The position numbers and the translations under genes were made by a program. Under the pieces are notes generated by a model that was not told the origin of the DNA, did not search any database, and was given only the letters and a program-made list of their open reading frames with translations. A stretch of 48,637 nt of DNA from Patescibacteria group bacterium (GTDB taxonomy: Bacteria; Patescibacteriota; Patescibacteriia; UM-FILTER-42-10). Positions 35,472 to 43,162 of this stretch are shown one piece after another. The DNA is taken from positions 1 to 48,637 of the forward strand of contig JAHJEX010000045.1 of the NCBI GenBank assembly GCA_018825385.1. Reading direction: 5' to 3'. How positions within the stretch are numbered: position 1 is the first letter of the stretch; the number at the start of each line of letters is the position of its first letter.

Positions 35472-35500
35472 TGGATAGAGTTCAAGAAATTGTATATAAT
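35472..35500 (+). promoter_or_regulatory. Promoter TGGATA-N17-TATAAT for the 83-aa gene
   Basis: TGGATA (35472-35477), 17-nt spacer, TATAAT (35495-35500). Confidence 0.4.
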
Positions 35501-35535
35501 GTAGGAAGTATTTATCATTAAATAAAGCAAACAAT

Positions 35536-35787
35536 ATGGCAGATGCCGATAGGACCAGAGCAATTCGTATTGAATGCGGAGAAATTTCCGCTGATTTACG
35601 GCAAATTCGTTTCGATGTAGCCGGTGAAACAGATCAAGCAAAGAAAGATGAAATGAAGAATAAAATGGGACCGCTGCAAGATAAGCTAGCAGCGCTGATT
35701 CAGGAAGTAGAGGATAATAAACTGGACTTCCCACAAAATGAGCTGGAAAATTTCAAAGACGCAATCAGACTTAACAAAACAGCATAA
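35536..35787 (+). CDS. Helical 83-aa hypothetical protein
   Basis: Charged coiled-coil-like sequence. The antisense 89-aa ORF looks non-protein-like. Confidence 0.5.
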   Translation: MADADRTRAIRIECGEISADLRQIRFDVAGETDQAKKDEMKNKMGPLQDKLAALIQEVEDNKLDFPQNELENFKDAIRLNKTA

Positions 35788-35792
35788 CATTA

Positions 35793-35867
35793 CACAAGTC
35801 AGTAAAAGTCGAAGTAGATCGATATGAAACAATAACTAGAATTGATCCTACCGATTGGTATAACTAG
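35793..35867 (+). pseudogene. Orphan 3' fragment of a paralog of the 163-aa gene (37464-37955)
   Basis: HKSVKVEVDRYETITRIDPTDWYN* versus the real C-terminus HKAVKVEVERYETVTRIDPIDWYN*. About 88% nucleotide identity by eye. Followed by the same terminator-plus-MITE arrangement. Confidence 0.8.
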
Positions 35868-35881
35868 GGAGTAAAAGCGAA

Positions 35882-35903
35882 ACCCGCTAGCTGCGGGTTT
35901 TTT
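35882..35903 (+). terminator. Intrinsic terminator (paralogous to 37971-37995)
   Basis: ACCCGC-uagcu-GCGGGU + UUUUU. Confidence 0.75.
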
Positions 35904-35946
35904 GTTTTACAGTCATTTTTATACAAGATATCACTCTACTCCAACA

Positions 35947-36039
35947 GTCATTTCGAGCGAAGCCGAGAAATCTATAGACTTCCCCGCCTCGACTTGGTTG
36001 TTCGTCGAGGCGAGGCGGATCCACTGTGGTCGAAGTGAC
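35947..36039. mobile_element. MITE-like element with imperfect terminal inverted repeats (GTCATTTCGAGCG ... GGTCGAAGTGAC), copy 1
   Basis: Second copy at 38015-38090, sharing gtcatttcgagcga, gtcgagaaatc.atagacttc.ccgc and ggtcgaagtgac. Confidence 0.65.
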
Positions 36040-36139
36040 GAACTATTTTGCTTGAAATGGCAGTTTTGAATGGTAAAAGTAACATATGTTCAATTTAGAA
36101 ACTTTTTGCTAATATTAGAATGTTATTAACAAAAATATT

Positions 36140-37453
36140 ATGACAAAAAAGTATTTATACATTGGCGCTGTTCTAGGCGTATTTTTATTAATACCCTCAA
36201 TTGCATTTAGTGCCGATGATTGTAAAAGTGGATATGAATATCAAAGAATGAGTGGTGTGGGTTGTGTGCAGATAGACTGCAATAATATTCCAGATGCACA
36301 CTATAGTTATACTCAACACTGCATTTGTGGGTCCTCGGGTAGTATCTATGAAGACGCTTCTGACCCAAACAAGGAATGTTATAGAGAACCATCATACACA
36401 GCATGCCCAAGTTGTCTTTATGCTTGCGTTCATGCTGATGAATCCTGTCCGGGAGAAGAACGCGATAATTATGTTGAGGATGACCAGATAAACACTAACG
36501 ATAGCAATACAAATTCCAGCTCGAATGTGAACCAAAGTACAAACACAAACTCCACACCAAATCAAAATATAAATGTATCTACTGCTGGTACTAACATGTC
36601 TCTCTCTACAACAGGAAATATAGATTATAACAGTTGTGATTATATTTGCAGCAAGTTCACGAGGGGTAAGAAGAATGCTGTTGTAACTTTAGCTGAAGGT
36701 ACTCCCCCTAACTGCAAATGCCAGATTGATATTAAAGACGATTTAAACAGATTAAATCAAACGATAAATGTTGACGGAAATGATGAAACAACATTTACTT
36801 TTGATCCTGAGACTGAACGACTAATTAAAAAGACAAAAATTAATAGAAAAGATGAAAGTGAAAAAATTCGAATCAGGCTAGGTTATAAGTACACACAAGA
36901 ACAAATAGACAAATTACTTGCATCAGACAAAGTTGATGAATGGTTTAATAAGCAGATAAAAAGTATTAAAACTGCAACAAGTAAGTGGGACCCCCAATAC
37001 TGGTGGCAACATATGGTAGCTATTTGGGATCATGGCTTCAATGGCAATAGTGCTGATTTTGTAGATACTTATGAATTTGGAAGATGCGGTGATTCTATGT
37101 TGTGGCTTGAACGTGATCTTACTGGACATCTAGATCTATCTGACGATAAAACAAAAGTAGGACAAAAACATGAAGCAATACTTTCTATCACTGGAGAAAG
37201 CTATGGTAATATGTTGAATCATACTTCCATTCTTGTTCGTCCTCAAGGTATATCAAATGTCGCATGGGAAGATTTAGTAAAAACTCTTAAAACACAATCG
37301 GGTGGTACAAAAGGAAACTCTGGTATAGCAAATAGTAATTTGAAAAATATTGCACCCGAGATTATGGATGCAAAAGTTCTTGATCCCTACAAAAAAGAAA
37401 TTACCACTGTGCGAGAATTCATTAAGGGTTGGTCATATATAAGAATTAGTTAA
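36140..37453 (+). CDS. Secreted Cys-rich protein with a C-terminal transglutaminase/papain-like C..H..D pattern (candidate toxin/peptidase)
   Basis: Signal peptide ...IPSIAFS/ADD. About 80-aa domain with 14 Cys. N/S/T-rich linker. C-terminal FGRCGDSMLWLERDL, LNHTSILVRP and AKVLDPY in the order Cys-His-Asp. Confidence 0.5.
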   Translation: MTKKYLYIGAVLGVFLLIPSIAFSADDCKSGYEYQRMSGVGCVQIDCNNIPDAHYSYTQHCICGSSGSIYEDASDPNKECYREPSYTACPSCLYACVHADESCPGEERDNYVEDDQINTNDSNTNSSSNVNQSTNTNSTPNQNINVSTAGTNMSLSTTGNIDYNSCDYICSKFTRGKKNAVVTLAEGTPPNCKCQIDIKDDLNRLNQTINVDGNDETTFTFDPETERLIKKTKINRKDESEKIRIRLGYKYTQEQIDKLLASDKVDEWFNKQIKSIKTATSKWDPQYWWQHMVAIWDHGFNGNSADFVDTYEFGRCGDSMLWLERDLTGHLDLSDDKTKVGQKHEAILSITGESYGNMLNHTSILVRPQGISNVAWEDLVKTLKTQSGGTKGNSGIANSNLKNIAPEIMDAKVLDPYKKEITTVREFIKGWSYIRIS

Positions 37454-37463
37454 CTATAAACAT

Positions 37464-37955
37464 ATGAAAAAAAGGAAAAAGATTGGAATATCCATAGTCA
37501 TAATAGTTATACTAATCCTGGTTGGTGGATATTTAAAACTAAGTTGGGTACCAAATGATATTACTAAGGTCACTCAAATTGATTCAGAAGAACATTGGGG
37601 AACTATTACTGGATCACTTGGATATCCTAGTGAAATGATTCCTGGAATGGGAGTATGTGCTGAAAGCACAGATAAAGAAGATTTATTCTGCACATATGAA
37701 ATGCTTGAGGATGAGGACTTTACCTATAGTCTTGGATATGAAATCAAAGTACCACCTGGATCTTATTATGTATATGCACACTTAGTTGATGAGGATAATA
37801 AAAATATCGGATATACCAATGAAGATAAGGCTTACTACTCAAAATTTGTTACTTGTGGGATGGATATAGAATGCACATCACACAAGGCAGTAAAAGTCGA
37901 AGTAGAAAGATATGAGACAGTTACCAGAATTGATCCTATCGATTGGTATAATTAA
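37464..37955 (+). CDS. Membrane-anchored 163-aa protein (candidate cognate immunity/partner)
   Basis: N-terminal TM. Starts 10 nt after the 437-aa gene. Its 3' end is duplicated at 35793-35867. Confidence 0.5.
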   Translation: MKKRKKIGISIVIIVILILVGGYLKLSWVPNDITKVTQIDSEEHWGTITGSLGYPSEMIPGMGVCAESTDKEDLFCTYEMLEDEDFTYSLGYEIKVPPGSYYVYAHLVDEDNKNIGYTNEDKAYYSKFVTCGMDIECTSHKAVKVEVERYETVTRIDPIDWYN

Positions 37956-37970
37956 AACTAATTATAATCA

Positions 37971-37995
37971 AAACCCGCATAACGCGGGTTTTTTG
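37971..37995 (+). terminator. Intrinsic terminator
   Basis: AAACCCGC-auaac-GCGGGUUU + UUUU. Confidence 0.8.
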
Positions 37996-38014
37996 TTTCA
38001 TTATTCTAGTAGTT

Positions 38015-38090
38015 GTCATTTCGAGCGATGCCCTGCAAAGCAGAGCGGAGTCGAGAAATCCATAGACTTCTCCGCTTCGGTCGAAGTGAC
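38015..38090. mobile_element. MITE-like element, copy 2
   Basis: See 35947-36039. Confidence 0.65.
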
Positions 38091-38176
38091 AAAAATAGAA
38101 TCGGAATGCTAAATATTTCAATGTAATCACATTTCTCTTTTATTATCCAGATCTAGATTTTTCAGTGTTGGTACTA

Positions 38177-38776
38177 TTATATTTTGAAATCTAAACTTCT
38201 CGCAGTTTTATAGAACAAATCTTTATTCTCTAACCATTTTGCTGTTGTAGTATTGCCAGTTAATGTGTAAAAATTATCATCTCTTAAATATACCGCCAGG
38301 AAAACCGTAATATCAACTTCCTGCTGGGTCATGGTAATAACGTTAAACTTGACTGGTAGCCCATCAACCGTATCATCACTTGATGCAATTACTTTAGCCG
38401 ATGGAACAGATGTTTTCATTCCGTCTACTAAAGAATCGTTGATTACTGCTAATGAGTTTTCGTTGGCTATATCATACGTAATGGCTATGTAACTATTAAA
38501 ATCGATATTTTTCGCTGCGCTGCCTTCTGGATGAACATCATTGGCATTATGAAAACTAACAAGTGTCCCCGTCACCTGGCTCTGCACCCAATCGGATGGT
38601 TTAAGAAGATCAAAATACTCACCAGTGTAGGTATTTTCTTGCATTGCAGCAATATTGGTATCACTCTCGATATTGACTTGATTGGTGTTTTCTGATTCGG
38701 TTCCCTGGGTGACAAAGTATATTACTACTATTACGCCAACGATTACAATCGCAATGATAATTGGTAGTTTTTTCAT
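38177..38776 (-). CDS. Membrane-anchored extracytoplasmic protein (PsbP/DcrB-like character)
   Basis: 199 aa with N-terminal TM then a beta-rich domain. No firm motif. Confidence 0.45.
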   Translation of the reverse strand: MKKLPIIIAIVIVGVIVVIYFVTQGTESENTNQVNIESDTNIAAMQENTYTGEYFDLLKPSDWVQSQVTGTLVSFHNANDVHPEGSAAKNIDFNSYIAITYDIANENSLAVINDSLVDGMKTSVPSAKVIASSDDTVDGLPVKFNVITMTQQEVDITVFLAVYLRDDNFYTLTGNTTTAKWLENKDLFYKTARSLDFKI

Positions 38777-38886
38777 ACATTTTCGATTAATGATGAATTA
38801 TTTTTGATAGTTCCATCTTACCTCATTTAGTGCCAGAAATCAAAAACATGCCCTCTATAAAAAGTTTGGCGAGATTTTATTTCAGT

Positions 38887-38915
38887 AAAAAAACCTCGCC
38901 AGATAATAGGAGAGG
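38887..38915 (-). terminator. Terminator of GC-rich cassette e
   Basis: Minus strand CCUCUCC-uauuaucu-GGCGAGG (one mismatch) + UUUUUUU. Confidence 0.6.
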
Positions 38916-38922
38916 TTGGGTG

Positions 38923-39405
38923 TCATTGGGGAGCGATGCGGATCTTATTGATCTCTGCTACCAAACTGTTGCCGCGTTCGATCCTCACGTTGCCGACCAC
39001 CATAGCAGAGTGGTGCTTGGTAATTTCTGCAATCACCGTCACATTATCTGGTGGATCAACAGCCTGCCGAAAAGTGACGTTACCGAAACCGCGGAAAAAC
39101 GGGATGATCGGAGCGGTTTCCTGATCCACATTTTGCCACGTCGGGCCGTATGCCACTACCCCCAGCATTTGTGCGGCCAGTTCGACCAACAGCACTCCGG
39201 GGAAAACCGGGTTACCGGGGAAATGGCCTTCGCAGTGGCCCCTCCTGACTGCAAAACCGGTCATTCCGCCAGTCGGACGTCCGTCCTCATCCAACGCGAC
39301 AATGACGGGATTTTGAAGCAGGAACCAGCGGCCGGTGTGCGGTAACATCTGCGAAATCTGGAGGAACGGTACTGTACAGGATCCTGTCCGCAATTTTTCT
39401 GCCAT
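38923..39405 (-). CDS. FabZ/FabA-like hotdog-fold (3R)-hydroxyacyl-ACP dehydratase homolog in GC-rich cassette e
   Basis: LPHTGRWFLL (compare LPHRYPFLLVD) and GHFPGNPVFPGVLLVELAAQ (the FabZ active-site block HFPxxPVxPGVL..E..AQ). AAGGA SD present. Confidence 0.75.
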   Translation of the reverse strand: MAEKLRTGSCTVPFLQISQMLPHTGRWFLLQNPVIVALDEDGRPTGGMTGFAVRRGHCEGHFPGNPVFPGVLLVELAAQMLGVVAYGPTWQNVDQETAPIIPFFRGFGNVTFRQAVDPPDNVTVIAEITKHHSAMVVGNVRIERGNSLVAEINKIRIAPQ

Positions 39406-39428
39406 AGCAATCCTTTCGAACTTTTGCG

Positions 39429-39596
39429 TTATACTCGTACCGAACGGTCAAGTGGACTCCCATCCCGGGTGAGAGCCATCATGAAGGGAATCGGGTGAAA
39501 GAAAATAATGGCGAGAATCTGATGGATCATGCCGAGGATGAACACACAGACTCCAAGAACCAGTATGAACAGATATTTGAAAGGACTTAGCACCAT
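39429..39596 (-). CDS. 55-aa two-helix membrane protein, first gene of cassette e
   Basis: Own translation: MVLSPFKYLFILVLGVCVFILGMIHQILAIIFFHPIPFMMALTRDGSPLDRSVRV*. GGAGGTGA lies 5 nt upstream. The track's 61-aa ORF in another frame looks spurious. Confidence 0.5.
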   Translation of the reverse strand: MVLSPFKYLFILVLGVCVFILGMIHQILAIIFFHPIPFMMALTRDGSPLDRSVRV

Positions 39597-39654
39597 GCTC
39601 ACCTCCAATTAGTTCAGGGAGTACCGAAACCATGCACGGAATGTATCGTAGTTG

Positions 39655-39683
39655 ATTTTATTGTTTTAGTGCTTTTTTGTCAA
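39655..39683 (-). promoter_or_regulatory. Promoter TTGACA-N17-TAAAAT of cassette e
   Basis: Minus strand: TTGACA (39678-39683), 17-nt spacer, TAAAAT (39655-39660). Confidence 0.5.
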
Positions 39684-39768
39684 CCACCACACTTTTTATA
39701 AAGTAGGATGGTCAATCAAAAATTCCCATTTTTCTTTTCTATGTTTAGGGATTTTTTGCAATTTTTAT

Positions 39769-40371
39769 TTACTTCTTTTTACTAAAGTAAAATATTGTTC
39801 CGATTAATAAACCTATAGCAAGCACTCCAATTATCGCCATACCAATAACAAGCGTGCCATTACTGCTCGGTTCAGTCTTTTCAGAAGAAGGGTCAATAAC
39901 CGTATCAATTTCCGGAAGCACAGGAATCGCTTCAGCGGGTGTATTGGCAGTTTCATATTGAATTTTTTCCAGTACTTCTTGTTCATTCTCAGATTCCGAA
40001 AGGAGTTTTGTACCATCACAAGTGCTTGTATACATCTTTCCATCTTCGGTAATTGTTGCATATATCAAATATTCTTTTCCTTCCGTAAAACTGTATCCGC
40101 ACATACTAGATCCTACGGATGTACCTACCGTTACTATTCTTGGATCATTATCATTTCCCTTCCAGGAATCGTAGACCACAAATTCAGCATCTTTATAAAC
40201 TTGCTCACTTCCCTCTCTATCAAAAAAAGAAGCCACAATCCCTGAAAAAACCACATCAGCCTTGGAATATGCATCACTAGTATCAAGAAGTTCACACTTA
40301 CAAGCCAGAGCTTGGCTGCTAAAGCCGATTGATAAAAAAAATAGGATAAATATGAATAATATTTTTTTCAT
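39769..40371 (-). CDS. Secreted, C-terminally anchored TIMP/NTR-like protein
   Basis: Signal peptide ends ...SSQALA, then the mature N-terminus CKCELLDTSDAYSKADVVFSGIVAS (compare TIMP-2 [25 protein letters not shown]). Later MCGYSFTEGKEYLIYA and TSTCDG. C-terminal TM. Confidence 0.5.
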   Translation of the reverse strand: MKKILFIFILFFLSIGFSSQALACKCELLDTSDAYSKADVVFSGIVASFFDREGSEQVYKDAEFVVYDSWKGNDNDPRIVTVGTSVGSSMCGYSFTEGKEYLIYATITEDGKMYTSTCDGTKLLSESENEQEVLEKIQYETANTPAEAIPVLPEIDTVIDPSSEKTEPSSNGTLVIGMAIIGVLAIGLLIGTIFYFSKKK

Positions 40372-40934
40372 GTTTTTTTTTGATATAGTTCTTTCATTAA
40401 TTTCTCTATCAAGGCGGGACAGGATCGCTTAGCTTTTTCTGTTTTTAGTCTCTTTGGTATTTCATTCATATAGTATCCTTCAAATATTGTTAGCCAGTCT
40501 GTTTCTTTATATTTCTGCTTTAAGTGATCGATATCCAGTTTACCTAAGCTATCCGCATCAACCAAAATTTCCTCATCTTCCAGTTTTGATTCATGATTAT
40601 CAGCGGCTACTGCCAGCCTCACCACCTTATCAATGGCATCCTGCGAATAACCGTGGGCGCCCATTATTTCAGTAATGAACGGCTTGGTATTTTTAGCCGC
40701 TTCCTTTTCTGATGCCAGCAATTCCTGAAAAAATATTTTTTGATTTGGTAATATGTCCCACCAACCAACATCATGCAAATACCCTGCCACAATCAGTAAT
40801 TCTAAATCATCACGTCCCGCTCCCAGCTCTTTCACCCAATGAACCACCCGCTGACAGTGCTCCCAGTCTCCGGCACGGCATTTTAGCAGATGGGGTTTTA
40901 CATATTCCTTAAATTCCTCCTCGTTAAATTCCAT
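40368..40934 (-). CDS. HD-domain phosphohydrolase
   Basis: H...HD pattern (WEHCQRVVHW ... AGYLHDVGW). Start moved to the ATG at 40932-40934. The stop overlaps the next ATG (ATGA at 40368-40371). Confidence 0.75.
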   Translation of the reverse strand: MEFNEEEFKEYVKPHLLKCRAGDWEHCQRVVHWVKELGAGRDDLELLIVAGYLHDVGWWDILPNQKIFFQELLASEKEAAKNTKPFITEIMGAHGYSQDAIDKVVRLAVAADNHESKLEDEEILVDADSLGKLDIDHLKQKYKETDWLTIFEGYYMNEIPKRLKTEKAKRSCPALIEKLMKELYQKKT

Positions 40935-40938
40935 ACTT

Positions 40939-41721
40939 TTACAGATTAAACAATCCTCCCCAACCGTCAACAGTCGGTCTGGCATTAGCAGGATAGGTAC
41001 CTTTTAGATATGAATTTCCTCCTTTTATTTCATATTCCTCCATCTTGAACCCTGGAATTTTATTCATTAGTGCGTTTACATTTTCTTCAAAGAAGTCTTC
41101 ACCCTGCTGCAAATATTTTTCCGGAACATTGAATATCCCGAACTTACCTTCAACAAAATTCAATGACACTTGATTAACTCCCACCTGATCAACAGTCAGT
41201 TTAATGTAAACTGGTGCTTTGACATATTTTTGCATCATCGCAGAAATTTCCATTGTCCCATCCCCTTTTTTCACTTGCACATTATCAAAAATAGGATTTT
41301 CACCTTCAAACCTCTCTAACCAAGATGTGATCTCTTCAGAACTGAATGCGGCATCTACATCTATTTCTCCCGTAAAAATTTCAGAAGGGTCAGCAGTATA
41401 GCTAACATAGTCTCCTGATATCTTCATGGGAATTTTTTCCGATATGCTTGCCACCGCTTCCGGACTGGTCTTTATGCCCAGATCCCTAGGCTTGTTTGTG
41501 CCCATTATCGATGAAATTCCCGGCACATCATAAAGTCCTGTCGCCGCAAATCCAATTACTGATAGAACTAGAACGATCACCAGAACGATAAAAAAAGTCC
41601 TTAGCCGATGCTTCTTTTTTGGCTGGTCAATTTTCTCTGCTTTTTCTCTTGGTAAAAAAGCATCTTCCGAATTCTCGTGCTTTTCTTTCACTTTTTCTTG
41701 ATTTGAACTTTTTTCTTCCAT
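40939..41721 (-). CDS. Membrane-anchored hypothetical protein
   Basis: 260 aa: charged N-terminus, one TM, soluble domain. Confidence 0.5.
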   Translation of the reverse strand: MEEKSSNQEKVKEKHENSEDAFLPREKAEKIDQPKKKHRLRTFFIVLVIVLVLSVIGFAATGLYDVPGISSIMGTNKPRDLGIKTSPEAVASISEKIPMKISGDYVSYTADPSEIFTGEIDVDAAFSSEEITSWLERFEGENPIFDNVQVKKGDGTMEISAMMQKYVKAPVYIKLTVDQVGVNQVSLNFVEGKFGIFNVPEKYLQQGEDFFEENVNALMNKIPGFKMEEYEIKGGNSYLKGTYPANARPTVDGWGGLFNL

Positions 41722-41747
41722 GCTGCGTTTTGTTAATAAATAAATTA

Positions 41748-42467
41748 CTAATATGTCATATCGCTCATACTCATTTTAGTATGTTCTCTGTTATGAGTAA
41801 ACAGGTCGATCACTGTTTTGATTGCTATTAGAATTGTTGCAGTAAATACCGAGTATCCCAATCCCGCTATTACAAATGCGCTAATCAATATGATAAAATG
41901 CATAGATATTACTCGACCATAAGGTTTAAATAACTGTTGCGCCGCAGAAACTTTTTTATATTCTCCGTTTTGAATATAATTCTTCCGATAAGATATGCCA
42001 TGACTTACAATTAGCATCAACAAAGCAAATAATATTCCCAAAAATGAAACATCAGGCCATGCTATTTCTGACCAGGGAATCGTTCCCTGATTTACCAAGG
42101 ATGTGCCAGATAGAGAAGTAATTCCAAAAATCGTAAAAACAAAAACTCCATGGACCAATGCAAAAATCCCAAAATGGAAAACAAAAAATATCACAAATCC
42201 TAATTTAGCAACACTTTTTACCTGTTTCCCGCCTATTTTCAGACCCTCCGCTGAGATTCCATCTGCCCTCAACATTTTCAGAACATTATAAAATCCGATC
42301 ACGATATTTTCCAACCAATACAAAAGCATAATCGAAAACAGACTCCACTCAAAAAACATCACGCCAACAAGCGGAATAAAATTTACGCTCAGTAACGTCT
42401 TTGCGGAAGTGGAGCTAATACTAAATCTGCCGGATTTTTTAATTTGCTCCCTTCTTTTGTTTTGCAT
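41748..42467 (-). CDS. Polytopic membrane protein (DUF6498-like)
   Basis: The FEWSLFSIMLLYWLENIVIGFYNVLKM block resembles DUF6498. Six hydrophobic helices. ATG at 42465-42467 preferred. Confidence 0.45.
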   Translation of the reverse strand: MQNKRREQIKKSGRFSISSTSAKTLLSVNFIPLVGVMFFEWSLFSIMLLYWLENIVIGFYNVLKMLRADGISAEGLKIGGKQVKSVAKLGFVIFFVFHFGIFALVHGVFVFTIFGITSLSGTSLVNQGTIPWSEIAWPDVSFLGILFALLMLIVSHGISYRKNYIQNGEYKKVSAAQQLFKPYGRVISMHFIILISAFVIAGLGYSVFTATILIAIKTVIDLFTHNREHTKMSMSDMTY

Positions 42468-42810
42468 TATTTCTTTGAGATTTTGTACCACTGACAATAA
42501 ATAAAATACCAATCAGAGTTATCGGCAATGTCAAAACCATACCTGCCAACAATTCTCCGCTATTTGCAGTCATTATCATATAAAAGACACCCAGTGTAAT
42601 AAACAACAGCCCCCCTATTTGCTCCCATTTCCAGGCAATCATCACTATGCCAATAAGCACAAATGTCGGCAACAAATGTATGATGAATGCCGCTATTGAT
42701 TCCCAAAAGTCATAGCCCTCCCAAAACACATCTAGAGCAAACAAGCTGATAAATACAACCATTGCAATAGATAGTGTTCTGGGAGTCCAGTATATAATTT
42801 TTTGTTTCAT
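42439..42810 (-). CDS. Four-helix small membrane protein
   Basis: Start moved to the ATG at 42808-42810 (MKQKIIYWTP...), 7 nt after the upstream stop. Confidence 0.5.
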   Translation of the reverse strand: MKQKIIYWTPRTLSIAMVVFISLFALDVFWEGYDFWESIAAFIIHLLPTFVLIGIVMIAWKWEQIGGLLFITLGVFYMIMTANSGELLAGMVLTLPITLIGILFIVSGTKSQRNNAKQKKGAN

Positions 42811-42817
42811 AATTTTT

Positions 42818-43111
42818 TTAATGCTGGTGTTCGCTGTCATGCTCGTGGCTGTGATCGTCAGAATTATCGCTTTTGTGATCATGGCCATCATCCATTACTT
42901 GATCCGGATTATGTTCATCCGGTTCCATTGGTTTTGGCGGTGCTGGCGCCTCTTTAGTTTCTTTCTTAAATCCCATAAAGAATACAATCAATCCGAGAAC
43001 CGCTAGTACAATTCCGCCAAAATATTTTACAGTAGTATCTTCTATGGTTACAAAGATCCAAACTGCTATAGCGACCAAAATAATACCAACTGATATTTTC
43101 CCTGCTTTCAT
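42818..43111 (-). CDS. Membrane protein with a His/Asp-rich C-terminal tail (metal-binding-like)
   Basis: Two TMs, then ...DEHNPDQVMDDGHDHKSDNSDDHSHEHDSEHQH. Confidence 0.55.
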   Translation of the reverse strand: MKAGKISVGIILVAIAVWIFVTIEDTTVKYFGGIVLAVLGLIVFFMGFKKETKEAPAPPKPMEPDEHNPDQVMDDGHDHKSDNSDDHSHEHDSEHQH

Positions 43112-43162
43112 GTCATCACCTCCCTTCTGTGTAAATAAATTTTATAGGGAAGACTTTTATTT

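Noticed and set aside
38830-39633. ORFs 38830-39345 (+, 171 aa), 38936-39124 (+) and 39448-39633 (-, 61 aa)
   Set aside because: They are antisense or off-frame to the FabZ-like gene and to the SD-led 55-aa membrane ORF. Their composition is Arg/His/Ser-rich.
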